From: an uncultured Planctomycetota bacterium
GTDB lineage: Bacteria > Planctomycetota > Planctomycetia > Pirellulales > Lacipirellulaceae
Reading direction: 5' to 3'
DNA length: 64,000 bases
NCBI GenBank assembly: GCA_963719315.1
Contig: CAVRBU010000004.1
Span: forward strand, 160,001-224,000
Part shown: positions 24,215-34,753 of the stretch, in pieces
How the letters are laid out: the number at the start of each line of letters is the position of its first letter
Numbering within the stretch: position 1 is the first letter of the stretch
Program-made: the position numbers and the translations under genes
Notes under the pieces: model-generated
Told to the model about the DNA's origin: nothing
Seen by the model: only the letters and a program-made list of their open reading frames with translations
Databases searched by the model: none

Positions 24215-26467
24215 ATGTTGAGCACAACACGACAAAATGTCTTTTGGATCGTGCCTTGGGCAATCGCCGTGATTGGCACTGCGAGTGTCGCGCACGCCGA
24301 CGACAAAGTCACGTACGATGACCACGTCGCGCCGATTTTTCGCCAGCGTTGCGGCTCGTGTCACAATCCGACGGCGAAAAAAGCCGACCTCGATGTCACC
24401 AACTATCTCAAGTTGATGCAGGGCGGGGCGTCGGGGGCTGCCATCGAACCTGGCGATGCCGACGGCAGCTACCTGTTTACGCTCGTCACGCACCAGGCTG
24501 AGCCGTTCATGCCGCAAAAAGCCGACAAGTTGCCCGATGCCGAGATCGATATGCTGCGCCGCTGGATCGTCGGCGGCGCGCTCGAAAACGCCGGCAGCAA
24601 GGCGGCCATGCCGAAGCCGAAGATGGTGGTGGCTGCCCAAGCGGCATCCGGCACGCGGCCGGAAGTGATTCCGCTTCCGCCGCGGATGGTGCTGGAGCCG
24701 GCGTTCCATCTCGCCAAGGCGCCGATGGCCCGCTCCGTCGCGACAAGTCCTTGGGCGCCGCTGGTGGCCGTTACCAGTCAGCGGCAAGTGCTGCTTTACA
24801 ATACGAAGTCACTCGAGCTGGTTGGCGTTTTTCCATTTCCCGAAGGCCAACCGAACGTCGTTCGGTTCAGTCGCGATGGTCGGCTGTTGCTCGCCGGCGG
24901 CGGCCGACCGGCCGCTAGCGGCAAGGTCGTCGTTTGGGATATCACCACGGGCGAGCGAGTATTTGAAGTCGGCAAGGAGCTGGACGTCGTGTTGGCGGCC
25001 GACATCAGCGCGGATCACAAGCTGATCGCGCTCGGCGGACCACAACGTCGGGTGAAAGTTTACTCGACCGAGACGGGCGAGTTGAAGTACGAAATCGCCA
25101 AGCACACCGATTGGGTCCTCGCGACCGAGTTCAGTCCCGATGGCGTCCTGCTAGCGACCGCTGACCGTAACGGGGGATTGTGCGTCTGGGAAGCGGAGAC
25201 CGGCCACGAATACCTCACGCTCACCGGCCACACTGCGGCCGTCAACGCCGTGGCGTGGCGCGGCGATTCCAACATTCTGGCATCCGCTTCGGAAGATGCG
25301 ACGGTATGGCTGTGGGAAATGGAAAACGGCACCGCGGTTAAAAAGTGGAACGCCAAGTCGCCGTTGGCTTCCATGGATTTCACGCGTGACGGCAGCCTTG
25401 TGACGGGCGGGCGCGATGGCATCCTGCGGTTGTGGAATCAAGAGGGCCAGCCGATCAAGGAAACGCAGTCGATCGGCGATATGGTGGTGAGCGTAGCATT
25501 CTGTGACGAAGCAAAGCGGGCGATCGCCGCGAGTTGGTCCGGCGCCCTACAGATATTCAAGGCGGAAGATGCCGCCCCTGTTGGCAGCCTGGCCACGAAC
25601 CCACCGATGCTCGACGAGCGTTTGGCCGCGGCCAAAGCAACGTTGCAGCAGAAGACAGCGGCGTGCACGCCGCTCACCGAAGTCAAACAGAAGGCCGAGG
25701 GCGAACTTAAGAACGCCGCGGCTGCCGTCGCGACGGCACAACAAAAAGCCGCCGAGTTGCAGGCCAAGGCCGCGTCGTTGGCGGCGGAAGTGAACAAGAT
25801 CGGGCAATCGCGGACAGCAAACGATGCTGAGCGGACAAAAGTCGCCACAACGATTTCGCAGAACGAAGCAGCACGCCCACTCGTCGGCGAAGCATTGCGA
25901 CACGTCGTCGAGGCGCTCGGCAAAGTACCGAACGACGCGAAATTGGCTGAAGTGCAACGGCAATTGACCGAGCAGCAAAAAATCATGGAGGACGGGTCCG
26001 CGAGTTTGCAAACCAAGCTCGCGGAATTGACGACGGCCATCGCAAACGACGATGCCCAACTCAAGTCACTGAACGCACAGCTCGAAGAGGCTGGCAAAGA
26101 GTCGGCGGCCGCGGCTGAACAGTTGAAGACTTTGCAATCGCAAAACGAACAAGTTGCGAAGGCATTGGCTGCTGCGCAACAAGCTGCAGTGCCGGCCGAG
26201 GCCGAGTTGGCGGCCGCTCAACAGGCTGTGGTTCGCTGGACAGACGAGATCGCCTTCCGCGACCAGATGGCGGCACTTCACAAGGAACTCGATGCCGCCA
26301 GCAAACTGGCCGCCGCACGACAGGCCGAGCTGGATCAAGCGAACAAACAACTCTCGGCCGTTCAATCGCTCGCATCTGCCGCGAAGAAGCAGGCGGACGA
26401 TGCCGCGCAAGGCGTGGATGCAGTGACCGCAAAAATCCGGGCAGCCCAATCTGCTGGCGCGAAATAA
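24215..26467 (+). CDS. Cytochrome c domain + WD40 repeats + long C-terminal coiled coil
   Basis: RCGSCHN heme motif, FMP distal Met, WD40 repeats, ~280 aa Ala/Gln/Glu/Lys-rich tail. Confidence 0.88.
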   Translation: MLSTTRQNVFWIVPWAIAVIGTASVAHADDKVTYDDHVAPIFRQRCGSCHNPTAKKADLDVTNYLKLMQGGASGAAIEPGDADGSYLFTLVTHQAEPFMPQKADKLPDAEIDMLRRWIVGGALENAGSKAAMPKPKMVVAAQAASGTRPEVIPLPPRMVLEPAFHLAKAPMARSVATSPWAPLVAVTSQRQVLLYNTKSLELVGVFPFPEGQPNVVRFSRDGRLLLAGGGRPAASGKVVVWDITTGERVFEVGKELDVVLAADISADHKLIALGGPQRRVKVYSTETGELKYEIAKHTDWVLATEFSPDGVLLATADRNGGLCVWEAETGHEYLTLTGHTAAVNAVAWRGDSNILASASEDATVWLWEMENGTAVKKWNAKSPLASMDFTRDGSLVTGGRDGILRLWNQEGQPIKETQSIGDMVVSVAFCDEAKRAIAASWSGALQIFKAEDAAPVGSLATNPPMLDERLAAAKATLQQKTAACTPLTEVKQKAEGELKNAAAAVATAQQKAAELQAKAASLAAEVNKIGQSRTANDAERTKVATTISQNEAARPLVGEALRHVVEALGKVPNDAKLAEVQRQLTEQQKIMEDGSASLQTKLAELTTAIANDDAQLKSLNAQLEEAGKESAAAAEQLKTLQSQNEQVAKALAAAQQAAVPAEAELAAAQQAVVRWTDEIAFRDQMAALHKELDAASKLAAARQAELDQANKQLSAVQSLASAAKKQADDAAQGVDAVTAKIRAAQSAGAK

Positions 26468-26752
26468 GCGTTAAGCTGCCGATTGGCGTGTCACCGCGCA
26501 GGCTGGTCGCGCCTCGGTCATGTAGAATAGAAGCCAATTATCCGCAGCGTACAGCGCCATGAATCAACCGCCGGGGCCCGCGGTGCTCCGACGCGCGTCC
26601 GCTGCTGCGAGGCCACGGCGGCTATGCCGCAAGGTTTATTTTACCTCTCGATAAGTCGCAAATTGTTGGTTTGGGCGATTGGGTATACTGGATCCTTGTC
26701 CGAGTAAACTATCAACCTGATCGGGTGCTTGATCGTGCGTTGCGTACGACAC

Positions 26753-28267
26753 ATGCGTTCTCGCGTTATAGGGCTTGTTTTGCTGATGCTGGCGTGGGCA
26801 GCGCCACCCGCGCGGGCCTACGATACCAACTCGCCTTATGGGGTCGTCGCGTTCATCCCATCGCCGACGCGGTTCGATGCGATGAAGGATGCGAACATCG
26901 GCTGGGGGCGATACGACTTTTCCTGGCGCAGTGTCGAGGCGATCAGCAAGGGCACGTACAACTGGGCGGTCCAGGATTACGCCGTGGCCGAAGTCAATGC
27001 TCGTGGACTGAAGATTTATGCCGGACTCGGATATACGCCCACCTGGGCCTCCGCTGGTGGCAATTCAAACGATCCCCCCGCCAATACCCAGGATTGGTAC
27101 GACTATGTCTTTGCTACCGTGAGTCGCTATAAGGATTCCATCCATTACTGGGAGTTGTGGAACGAACCCAACTTGAGGCAATTCTGGAACGGCACGCAGG
27201 CCCAGTACATCAATCTCCTCAAGGTCGGGGCCGACGCGGCCCATGCCGCCGATCCCGATTGCTTCGTGCTGGCCCCGGAGCTCTCCAGCGCCGGTCCCGC
27301 GAGCAGTTGGATGACCAACATCTTGCAACAGGCCGGCAATAAGATCGACATCATATCGTATCACCAATATGACGGCGGCGATATCCCCTCGGGCCGGCTC
27401 GCCGGTATCGATAATATGCACAACGCCATCGTGGCGGCGGGCTACGCCAATAAACCAATTTGGATCACCGAGAGCGGCTGGGCGTCGGATGATATCGGCG
27501 ACCAGCAACAGGCGAATAACCTGGTGGCGATGCTGGATGGCATGCCCTCGCGCCCGTGGTGGAAGAAATTCTTTTGGTATCAGATTTGGGAGGGGTCTAC
27601 GGACCGGGCCGGACTGCTCCATCAAAACGAAACGCCCAAACCCAGTTGGTATGCCTATCGCGATTACACGTTAGCCCACCCCGCTCCGCAGATGGTCTCG
27701 GTCAATCTAAGCACCGCGGATATCGTGGACGGCATAAACCTGGTCACGGTGGACGATGGCAACACCACGCCGGACGGCAAAGCCAGCCGTAGTTGTCGAA
27801 GAAACACCGACGCGGCCGGCGGCGATTATTACATGTACTTCAATGTTTCCGACGCGTTCGCGTTCCAAGGCAGCCGTCCTGTCGTGGCCATCGATGTGGA
27901 TTATTACGACCTTGGCACTGGGACGCTGACGCTGCAGTACGACTCGATAGGAGGTGGCGCGTACAAGAGCGCCGGCTCGTTCACGCTGGGGAACAAGGAC
28001 ACTTGGAAGCAATTCACGTTTTATGTCACAGACGCGTATTTTGGCAATCGTCAGAACAATGGCGCCGACTTCCGCATCTTTGGCGGCGTGGGGACGACGT
28101 TCTATCTCGACTTAATTCAGTTGAGTGCGGTGCAAATCGTTCCAGAGCCGGCCACTACTCCTGCCGTCCTGATTGTAATGGCTGCACTCAAACTGAGGCG
28201 AACGGCGCAAAAGAGATCGCATCCGCGGCACAACAAACGTACCACTTGCGGTGTTGTAGAGCCGTAG
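26753..28267 (+). CDS. Secreted clan GH-A glycoside hydrolase (GH5/GH39-like) with accessory domain and degenerate PEP-CTERM
   Basis: Signal peptide; WELWNEPN acid/base and IWITESG nucleophile motifs; VPEPA near the C-terminus. Confidence 0.8.
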   Translation: MRSRVIGLVLLMLAWAAPPARAYDTNSPYGVVAFIPSPTRFDAMKDANIGWGRYDFSWRSVEAISKGTYNWAVQDYAVAEVNARGLKIYAGLGYTPTWASAGGNSNDPPANTQDWYDYVFATVSRYKDSIHYWELWNEPNLRQFWNGTQAQYINLLKVGADAAHAADPDCFVLAPELSSAGPASSWMTNILQQAGNKIDIISYHQYDGGDIPSGRLAGIDNMHNAIVAAGYANKPIWITESGWASDDIGDQQQANNLVAMLDGMPSRPWWKKFFWYQIWEGSTDRAGLLHQNETPKPSWYAYRDYTLAHPAPQMVSVNLSTADIVDGINLVTVDDGNTTPDGKASRSCRRNTDAAGGDYYMYFNVSDAFAFQGSRPVVAIDVDYYDLGTGTLTLQYDSIGGGAYKSAGSFTLGNKDTWKQFTFYVTDAYFGNRQNNGADFRIFGGVGTTFYLDLIQLSAVQIVPEPATTPAVLIVMAALKLRRTAQKRSHPRHNKRTTCGVVEP

Positions 28268-28633
28268 TTCTGGAAGCGGCAGAGGCAGGGGTCAGTTGGC
28301 TGAGGTTTTGGCAGCACGCGAGTGCGAAACGCGTTTTGGGAATCTGGTGTCGGGACGGTGGGTCTGGCCGTCGTCGGAAGGTCAGGGCGGTGGGAACGAA
28401 GACAAAATTGATCGCAGTAGATACGCTCAATCTCGATCACCTGCCGACTTTAACAAGGCCAATTGTGATCTTCGTATTCTATGGAAATAGAGTACGTGTA
28501 CAGATGCTATTAGAACTACTGTTTTTCAGTCTTGGGTTTTGACATGGAAGTCGCATTGGCTGGATGAGGGAATGGCTGCCGCATAATAGGTCTCCGGCCA
28601 ACAAGAGCAATAGAATTAGACGGGAAGGCACGG

Positions 28634-30706
28634 CTAATCGGCCGAAGCTTCGGGACCCAACACGGCCTCAGCCAACACTTCCGCGATATCGCGCACGTGG
28701 ACTTCCGGTTTTTCCGCGGCGAGTCCGTCGCCGAGCATGATGAGGCAGAAGGGGCAGGAGACGGCAACAGTTTCCGCTCCGGAATCGGCGATTTCCCGCA
28801 CCCGGCTCTGACCGACGCGTTGCGCGAGCGTATCGTCAAACCACATCCGTCCGCCGCCGGCGCCGCAGCAGGAAGTTTGCCGCCGATTGCGCGGCAACTC
28901 GATGATCGGTAACGCGCCAGGTTTGTATGCCGCCGCGGCAAGAATCGTACGGGGCGGTTCGGTGACGCCGCCCACCCGCGAAAGATAGCAGGGGTCGTGG
29001 TAAGTAGTCGAAGCGCCGTCGGTTGCGCCGTTGGCAGTAGGCTTTAGTCGGCCTTGTTCTACCAACTCGGAAAGTAGCTGACTGTGATGAATGACCTCGT
29101 ACTGTCCACCGGCTTGCGGATAGTCGTTGCACAAGCTGTTGACGCAGTGGGGACAATGGGCAACGATCCGACGTACGCCGCGCTGCGCCAATGTTGTCAC
29201 GTTTTGTTGGGCAAGCTGCTGGAAAAGCAACTCATCGCCCATGCGGCGGGCCGATTCTCCCGTGCAGCGTTCTTCGGCGCCCAATACGGCGAAGTCGACG
29301 TTCGCGGCTTGAAGCAAGCGTACGAAACTGCGGGCGACTTTTTGTACGCGCCGATCGTACGCCGCCGCGCAGCCAACCCAGTACACGATTTCGAATTCGG
29401 AGCGTTCGCTGGCGAGCGGCACGTCCAGACCAGCCGCCCACGCCATCCGTTCGCCCGGCGCCATCCCCCAGGGATTCCCGGCGCGGTCGGTTTTTTGAAG
29501 CGCCGCGGCGGGCGAACCCCGCAATGCGCCTTCGCCGATCAAATTCCGGCGCATATCGGTGATCATGCGCAGCGGGCTTACGCCAAGCGGGCAGACATCG
29601 GCGCACGCCCCACAGGTCGTGCAGGACCAGAGCGTTTCGGCCGCGATCGGTTCGCCATGTATATTTTGTTGCGTCCCGTCTCGATTCATCACGTCGACCA
29701 AATCTTGGACGACGTTTCTGGGAGAGAGCGGCTTGCCGGCCTCGAAGGCGGGACAACTATCTTCGCAGCGACCGCAGGAAACGCAAGCGTCGAGCTCAAT
29801 CAATTGGCGATAAGTGAAGTCCGCCAATTTTGCCGCGCCAATTTGGCCAGTGGTTTCTACTTCCTCCATCGTAATGGGAGTCATCGTGCCCGGCGCGTGG
29901 TCGCGAATCGCGAGATTTACGACCCCGGCAATCGAGTGCAGCATGCGGGAGTAGGGCATTAGTGCAATAAAGCCCAGCGCAAGGAACGCATGAAACCACC
30001 ACAGCACCAGGTGGATTTGCCCTGCCGATTCCACAGTTACACCGGACCAGGCAAAGGCAGCGGCACAGGCGAATCCGACGGGCGACAAACCGGGGAACGG
30101 AGTCTGGGCATAGATAATTCGCAGACCTTCGACGAGATATCCCGTGACGCCGATCGCGACGAGCGACAACAGGATCGCGACATCGGCCGAGCCGCGGGCG
30201 AAACTGCCGCGGTCGCGCCACCGCCGGGCTAGAAACATCACGCAGCCGGCGATCATGGCGATGCCAAAAACATCCAAAACCAGCTCATAGACACCAAAAT
30301 ACACGCCTTTGTGAAACACCGGGTCGGTTGCCTCGCGGCCCAAAGCTGCAGCTAGCAGATGCTCGACGGAAATCAGTGTCGTGCCGATGAAGAGGACAAA
30401 GAAACCGCTGAAGAGCAGCACATGTGCCAGACTTGCGGCGCCGCGGCCCCAAATGCGGCGCTGCAGAATGACCTCGTTGATAATGCGGTGGCCGGCCAAT
30501 TTCCAATTGACTCGGCTGTTCGACTGCCGCCCCTGTCGCCAAAGCCGCGCGCGGCGCAGAATCCCGTACAACCAAACACACACCGCGGCTGCGGCCACCA
30601 GATAAAACAAAGTTTGCGCCCAGTTCGGCACATTGCCGAAGATCTGTCTGGTCAATTGCACGGGAGGGGCCGACGCAAGGGCATCAGCCCGGGACATGGG
30701 CGGCAT
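28634..30706 (-). CDS. Membrane-bound Fe-S oxidoreductase (FadF/DgcB-like; ETF:quinone oxidoreductase candidate)
   Basis: N-terminal TM helices with His residues; CVSCGRCEDSCP and CTTCGACADVCP; two CCG domains (YWVGC/CPHC and YHDPCY/CCGAGGG/CPFC); overlaps etfA. Confidence 0.88.
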   Translation of the reverse strand: MPPMSRADALASAPPVQLTRQIFGNVPNWAQTLFYLVAAAAVCVWLYGILRRARLWRQGRQSNSRVNWKLAGHRIINEVILQRRIWGRGAASLAHVLLFSGFFVLFIGTTLISVEHLLAAALGREATDPVFHKGVYFGVYELVLDVFGIAMIAGCVMFLARRWRDRGSFARGSADVAILLSLVAIGVTGYLVEGLRIIYAQTPFPGLSPVGFACAAAFAWSGVTVESAGQIHLVLWWFHAFLALGFIALMPYSRMLHSIAGVVNLAIRDHAPGTMTPITMEEVETTGQIGAAKLADFTYRQLIELDACVSCGRCEDSCPAFEAGKPLSPRNVVQDLVDVMNRDGTQQNIHGEPIAAETLWSCTTCGACADVCPLGVSPLRMITDMRRNLIGEGALRGSPAAALQKTDRAGNPWGMAPGERMAWAAGLDVPLASERSEFEIVYWVGCAAAYDRRVQKVARSFVRLLQAANVDFAVLGAEERCTGESARRMGDELLFQQLAQQNVTTLAQRGVRRIVAHCPHCVNSLCNDYPQAGGQYEVIHHSQLLSELVEQGRLKPTANGATDGASTTYHDPCYLSRVGGVTEPPRTILAAAAYKPGALPIIELPRNRRQTSCCGAGGGRMWFDDTLAQRVGQSRVREIADSGAETVAVSCPFCLIMLGDGLAAEKPEVHVRDIAEVLAEAVLGPEASAD

Positions 30707-31670
30707 GATTTTGCAACTTTTCGATAAGTTGGGGCACGATTTGATACGCGTCGCCTACCAAACCGTAATCGGCGACGTCGAAGATCGGCGCGTCCGGATC
30801 GCTGTTGATTGCCACAATCGTGCGCGAATTCTTCATGCCTGCCAAATGTTGCACGGCGCCGGAGATTCCCACGGCGATGTAGAGTTCAGGCGCCACGATT
30901 TTACCAGTTTGGCCGACCTGAAGCTCGTTGGGAGTAATGCCTGCGTCGACCAGCGCGCGCGAACTACCCACCGCACCGCCGAGGACATCCGCCAGGCGGC
31001 CGACCAAACGCTCAAAATCTTTGCTGTTCTTGAGCGCCCGGCCGCCGGAAACGACAATCCGGGCTTCGGAAACATCGGGGCGACTGTTCTGCTTGGATTT
31101 GAGTCCCTCGTAGCAAACGCGGGTGGCGAGCGCCGCGGCATCCAATTCGATTCGTTCAATGGAATGAGCTTGCAACTTTTCACTCGTGGCGGCCGGATAG
31201 GACGGAGCACGGACCGTCACCACTTGCGGCGATCCGCTAAGGCGAATCGTGGTGGTCACTGCCCCCGCGTATTGTGGACAGTCGAACTGCAGCCTCCCAT
31301 TAGCTACCTCATGCCGGACGACCTCGCTGGCCATGGCGCCGCCCAAGAGCGCGGCAGCGCGCGGCAAAATATCCTTTGAAAAAGTTGACGACGCGGCGGT
31401 GACGAGATCGAATCCGCGCTCGTGCGCAATCTTTGCGATCGCGCGCGCATGCGGCTCTGCCAACGGATTGGCTAACAGTGGAGAATCCACAGCCAGAACC
31501 GGCGCGAGAAAAGCGGCCTCCGCTATCACATTGCCGATTACGTTCCCGAGCACTAGCCAGGTTACATCGCCGCCCATTGCACCCGCGACGGCCTGGGCGA
31601 AAGTGAGACAGGAGAGACTGGCTCCGCGAAGTGCGATTCCATCGTGCTCGGCGACAACTAGAATCCGCAT
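30684..31670 (-). CDS. etfA: Electron transfer flavoprotein alpha subunit
   Basis: [42 protein letters not shown]. Confidence 0.95.
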   Translation of the reverse strand: MRILVVAEHDGIALRGASLSCLTFAQAVAGAMGGDVTWLVLGNVIGNVIAEAAFLAPVLAVDSPLLANPLAEPHARAIAKIAHERGFDLVTAASSTFSKDILPRAAALLGGAMASEVVRHEVANGRLQFDCPQYAGAVTTTIRLSGSPQVVTVRAPSYPAATSEKLQAHSIERIELDAAALATRVCYEGLKSKQNSRPDVSEARIVVSGGRALKNSKDFERLVGRLADVLGGAVGSSRALVDAGITPNELQVGQTGKIVAPELYIAVGISGAVQHLAGMKNSRTIVAINSDPDAPIFDVADYGLVGDAYQIVPQLIEKLQNHAAHVPG

Positions 31671-31693
31671 AGATTGTTCCAAGCGTGCTGGCT

Positions 31694-32458
31694 TCAGCCA
31701 GATTGATGCAGAACGGCGTCTGGGCCGGAAAGTCGATCGACCAACTCGTCAACTGAACCGAGGCGCTCGCAGCGCCGCCGCGTATCGGTCGAACAATAAC
31801 GGAGTACCTCAACGCGCGGCTCGATGGCCACGTTCAAATCGCTCTCGGTGATGATATCGAGTTGCTTCTTGCGGGCTTTCATGATGCCGGCCATTGATGC
31901 ATAGCGAGGCTCGTTTAGTCGCAAATCGGTGGTAACAACCGCGGGCAACGGAAGCCGTAACTGCTCGATGCCATGGTCGGTTTCGCGATCAACGGAGATT
32001 TCGCCATCGAGAACTTCCAAGCGCGATACAAAGGTGGCCTGCGGCCAATCCATGAGGGCCGCCAAGAACTGTCCCGTCTGGTTCGCGTCATCATCGACGG
32101 CCTGTTTGCCCATGAGTACGAGGTTCGGACTTTCGCGCTCGGCGACTGCCCGCAGCAGACGAGCCACGTTCCAGGGATCGAGCGCGTGGCTGCACTCGAC
32201 GTGCAGGGCTCGCGTACACCCCATTGCGAGCGCGGCACGCAATTGCTGTTCATATCCATCGCTGCCGATGCCAACCGCAACTACCTCGACAGGTTCAGCG
32301 CGTTGCTCGCCAATTCGAACGGCTTCTTCGACGGCGATCGCATCAAAGGGATTGATGATGTAGGGAATGTGCTCGATGACGACATGACTGCCGTCCGGCG
32401 CGGCAACGATTTTTTGATCGGTGTCGGGAACGCGCTTCGTAGGAACTAATATCTTCAT
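31694..32458 (-). CDS. etfB: Electron transfer flavoprotein beta subunit
   Basis: MKILVPTKRVPD, INPFDAIAVEEA, GKQAVDDD, DLRLNEPRYAS. Confidence 0.95.
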   Translation of the reverse strand: MKILVPTKRVPDTDQKIVAAPDGSHVVIEHIPYIINPFDAIAVEEAVRIGEQRAEPVEVVAVGIGSDGYEQQLRAALAMGCTRALHVECSHALDPWNVARLLRAVAERESPNLVLMGKQAVDDDANQTGQFLAALMDWPQATFVSRLEVLDGEISVDRETDHGIEQLRLPLPAVVTTDLRLNEPRYASMAGIMKARKKQLDIITESDLNVAIEPRVEVLRYCSTDTRRRCERLGSVDELVDRLSGPDAVLHQSG

Positions 32459-33729
32459 GACGACAAGCGGGCACCGGCGACAGGTGTCGGCCGCTCCACT
32501 TTGCCGTAGTAATTTCCGGCCATGGCTACGCACTGGGTCTCGATGTCGTCCCGCTCCGCAAAACCCGGCACGTCGTAATACCGATCGGCCTCGATCGATT
32601 CGACATCATAGCTGCTTTTACCATCGAGGATCAGTTCCGACATGATGAGGCCAATGGCCGGGCTTTGCACGATGCCGTGACCGGAAAAGCCGGAGCAATG
32701 GTAGAGACCCTCGATATCGGGCATTTGTCCGCAGAAGGGCCGAGCATCCGGTGTAAAGGTCATGATCCCGGTGGTAATTGTCATCGGCGTGCGCTCGTCG
32801 ATCCACGGGAAACGCTGATGTGCCGCGTCGATGAGACGGGCCACTTGAATCGAATCGCGAGCCGCCTTCATTCGCGACATGTCGAAGTCGATAGGCAGCT
32901 TCCGCATGTTGTAGAGGTCGGGCTCTGCATCGTAGATGCCGACGATCAGGCCGCCGCTTTCGGGCCGCGTGTATATCCGCAGCTCGCGATCTCGCACAGC
33001 CGGGCTGAGCCGATCAATGGGATGCGTTGATTCGGGACGAGTCGTTAGATAGTAGTGCCCGATGGCAGCCGTGGGGAGCACGGTATTGGCCAGTTCCGCA
33101 TTGAGGTAAGACCATGGTCCACCGGCGTTTACGATGACCGGAGCCTGGTATTCGCCTGATGCGGTTTTCACTCCACGAATCTGACCCGATTCGACCAGGA
33201 TTTTTGTTACTGGCGTATTGGTGACATATTGAACGCCGCGCTGCTTTCCGATCTTGATGTAGGCCGCCGCCAACTCTGCCGGTTGCAGGTGGCCGTCACT
33301 CGGTGTATAGCAAGCGTCGAGAAGATCGTCCGTCCGCATGTATGGCATGCGCCGCTCTACCTCGTCGATTGGCATGTGATCGATCTCGAAACCGATCGAC
33401 TTGCCCATCTCGACAAGTGAGGCGATTTCGGCTGCACGTTCGGGCGTTTCGGCAATCCGCAACGAGCCGGTTTGAATGAAGATCTCGACACCGGCAAGTT
33501 GCTCAAGTTCTTTGACGATCGCCACGCCTTCGATGAGCATCCGCGTATGCTCGGCGTTGCCGCGGAGTTGACCGAGCAGGCCGGCCGCCCGGCCGGTAGA
33601 TCCGTTTCCAAGCCGCTCGCGTTCCAGGACCAGGACTTTGGCGCCGTGTCCAGCGAGCTGCATGGCCGTGCTCAGCCCGGCTACACCGCCGCCGATGATG
33701 ATTGCGTCTGTCGTACGAGTTTCGGGCAT
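32455..33729 (-). CDS. FAD-dependent amine dehydrogenase (dimethylglycine/sarcosine dehydrogenase flavin-domain type, no GcvT domain)
   Basis: IIGGGVAG, GSTGRAAG, GSLRIA, DGHLQP, VNAGGPW, FTPD, GFSGHG; ATGA overlap with etfB. Confidence 0.85.
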   Translation of the reverse strand: MPETRTTDAIIIGGGVAGLSTAMQLAGHGAKVLVLERERLGNGSTGRAAGLLGQLRGNAEHTRMLIEGVAIVKELEQLAGVEIFIQTGSLRIAETPERAAEIASLVEMGKSIGFEIDHMPIDEVERRMPYMRTDDLLDACYTPSDGHLQPAELAAAYIKIGKQRGVQYVTNTPVTKILVESGQIRGVKTASGEYQAPVIVNAGGPWSYLNAELANTVLPTAAIGHYYLTTRPESTHPIDRLSPAVRDRELRIYTRPESGGLIVGIYDAEPDLYNMRKLPIDFDMSRMKAARDSIQVARLIDAAHQRFPWIDERTPMTITTGIMTFTPDARPFCGQMPDIEGLYHCSGFSGHGIVQSPAIGLIMSELILDGKSSYDVESIEADRYYDVPGFAERDDIETQCVAMAGNYYGKVERPTPVAGARLSS

Positions 33730-33823
33730 GATTATCACTTTACGCCGACTATACGATCGATCCCAGGGCCGGGGCGCAAATCAACCGGCAATTTGCGCGT
33801 GACCCGCTGTTCGGCGATACTTA

Positions 33824-34743
33824 GGACCTATCCCAAAATTCCACATCGCCTTAAGGCGATGAGGGCGAATTGTAGATGAACGAACCCAAGATAGTTAGCC
33901 GCCTTCTTTTCCCAACGGATCAGGAGCCTGCGGGCGCGGTTGGTCCAAGAATGCGCGGCTTCGACAACCCAGCGTCGAGCTTTGTGGCCGGCGCGACAGC
34001 GACGCTGCTCCTCGCCACGGCAGCGGATGTGAGGCACGTACCCGAAACGATTCGCCGTAGCTGTCGACGGTTCGCCAAAGTATCCCTTGTCGAGACACAG
34101 GTGCTGCTTGCGCCGACGGCTGGGTCGTCGAATCGGGATGGAGCGAAGCGTGTCGCGCAGAAGACGTTGGTCGTGAGCATTGGCGCCGTCAATCGCGACG
34201 CCCAGAGGAACGCCGCGGGCGTCGGTCAAGACCGATCGCTTGACTCCGAGCTTACCTCGATCGGTGGGGTTTTTCCCGGTTTTTTTCCCCTCCCAGCGGC
34301 GACTTAGTTGTCGCGCCGTCCACCGACTGCCAGCGCCAAGCGATGCCGCGCTTCTGATCGTACTTCCCCAGCGCCCGTTTCCAAAACCGTTGCCAAATAC
34401 CCAGGCGAGTCCACTCTTGGAAATAGCGATGAACGGTACTGGGGCTGCCAAATTGTGGCGGCAGCGCCTTCCACTGGCAGCCGGTGCGCAACAGATAAAG
34501 AATGCCGCTGGCAACGGCGCGCAGATTCGCGCGGGGTCGCCCAACCTTCGTGGATCGCGGATACTTCGGCAGCAAGGGTTCAAGCTGCCGCCAAAGCTTT
34601 TCGGGCATCCAAGCAAATTTGCCCTGCCAATCGCAGTGCATGTACACCTCCGTGCAAGCAAAGACGAGATTCGAACGGAAACCATTCCTCACCTTTTCCT
34701 ACGCACGGAAATAACACCCGTTCACGTATTTTGGGATAGGTCC
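33824..34743 (-). mobile_element. IS5-family insertion sequence (920 bp)
   Basis: Perfect 16-bp terminal IRs GGACCTATCCCAAAAT / ATTTTGGGATAGGTCC; TTA duplicated at 33821-33823 and 34744-34746. Confidence 0.93.
33828..34641 (-). CDS. IS5-family transposase in two frames joined at an A7 run (34280-34286)
   Basis: LRTGCQWKALP, SVDG, NPTDRGKLGVKR, DKGY, RWVVE..HSW; +1 frame change at GGGGAAAAAAAC. Confidence 0.9.
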
Positions 34744-34753
34744 TTAGCGCAGG

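Noticed and set aside
26548..26625. Degenerate GC-rich inverted repeat after the WD40 gene
   Set aside because: Arms too imperfect to distinguish from chance at this GC content
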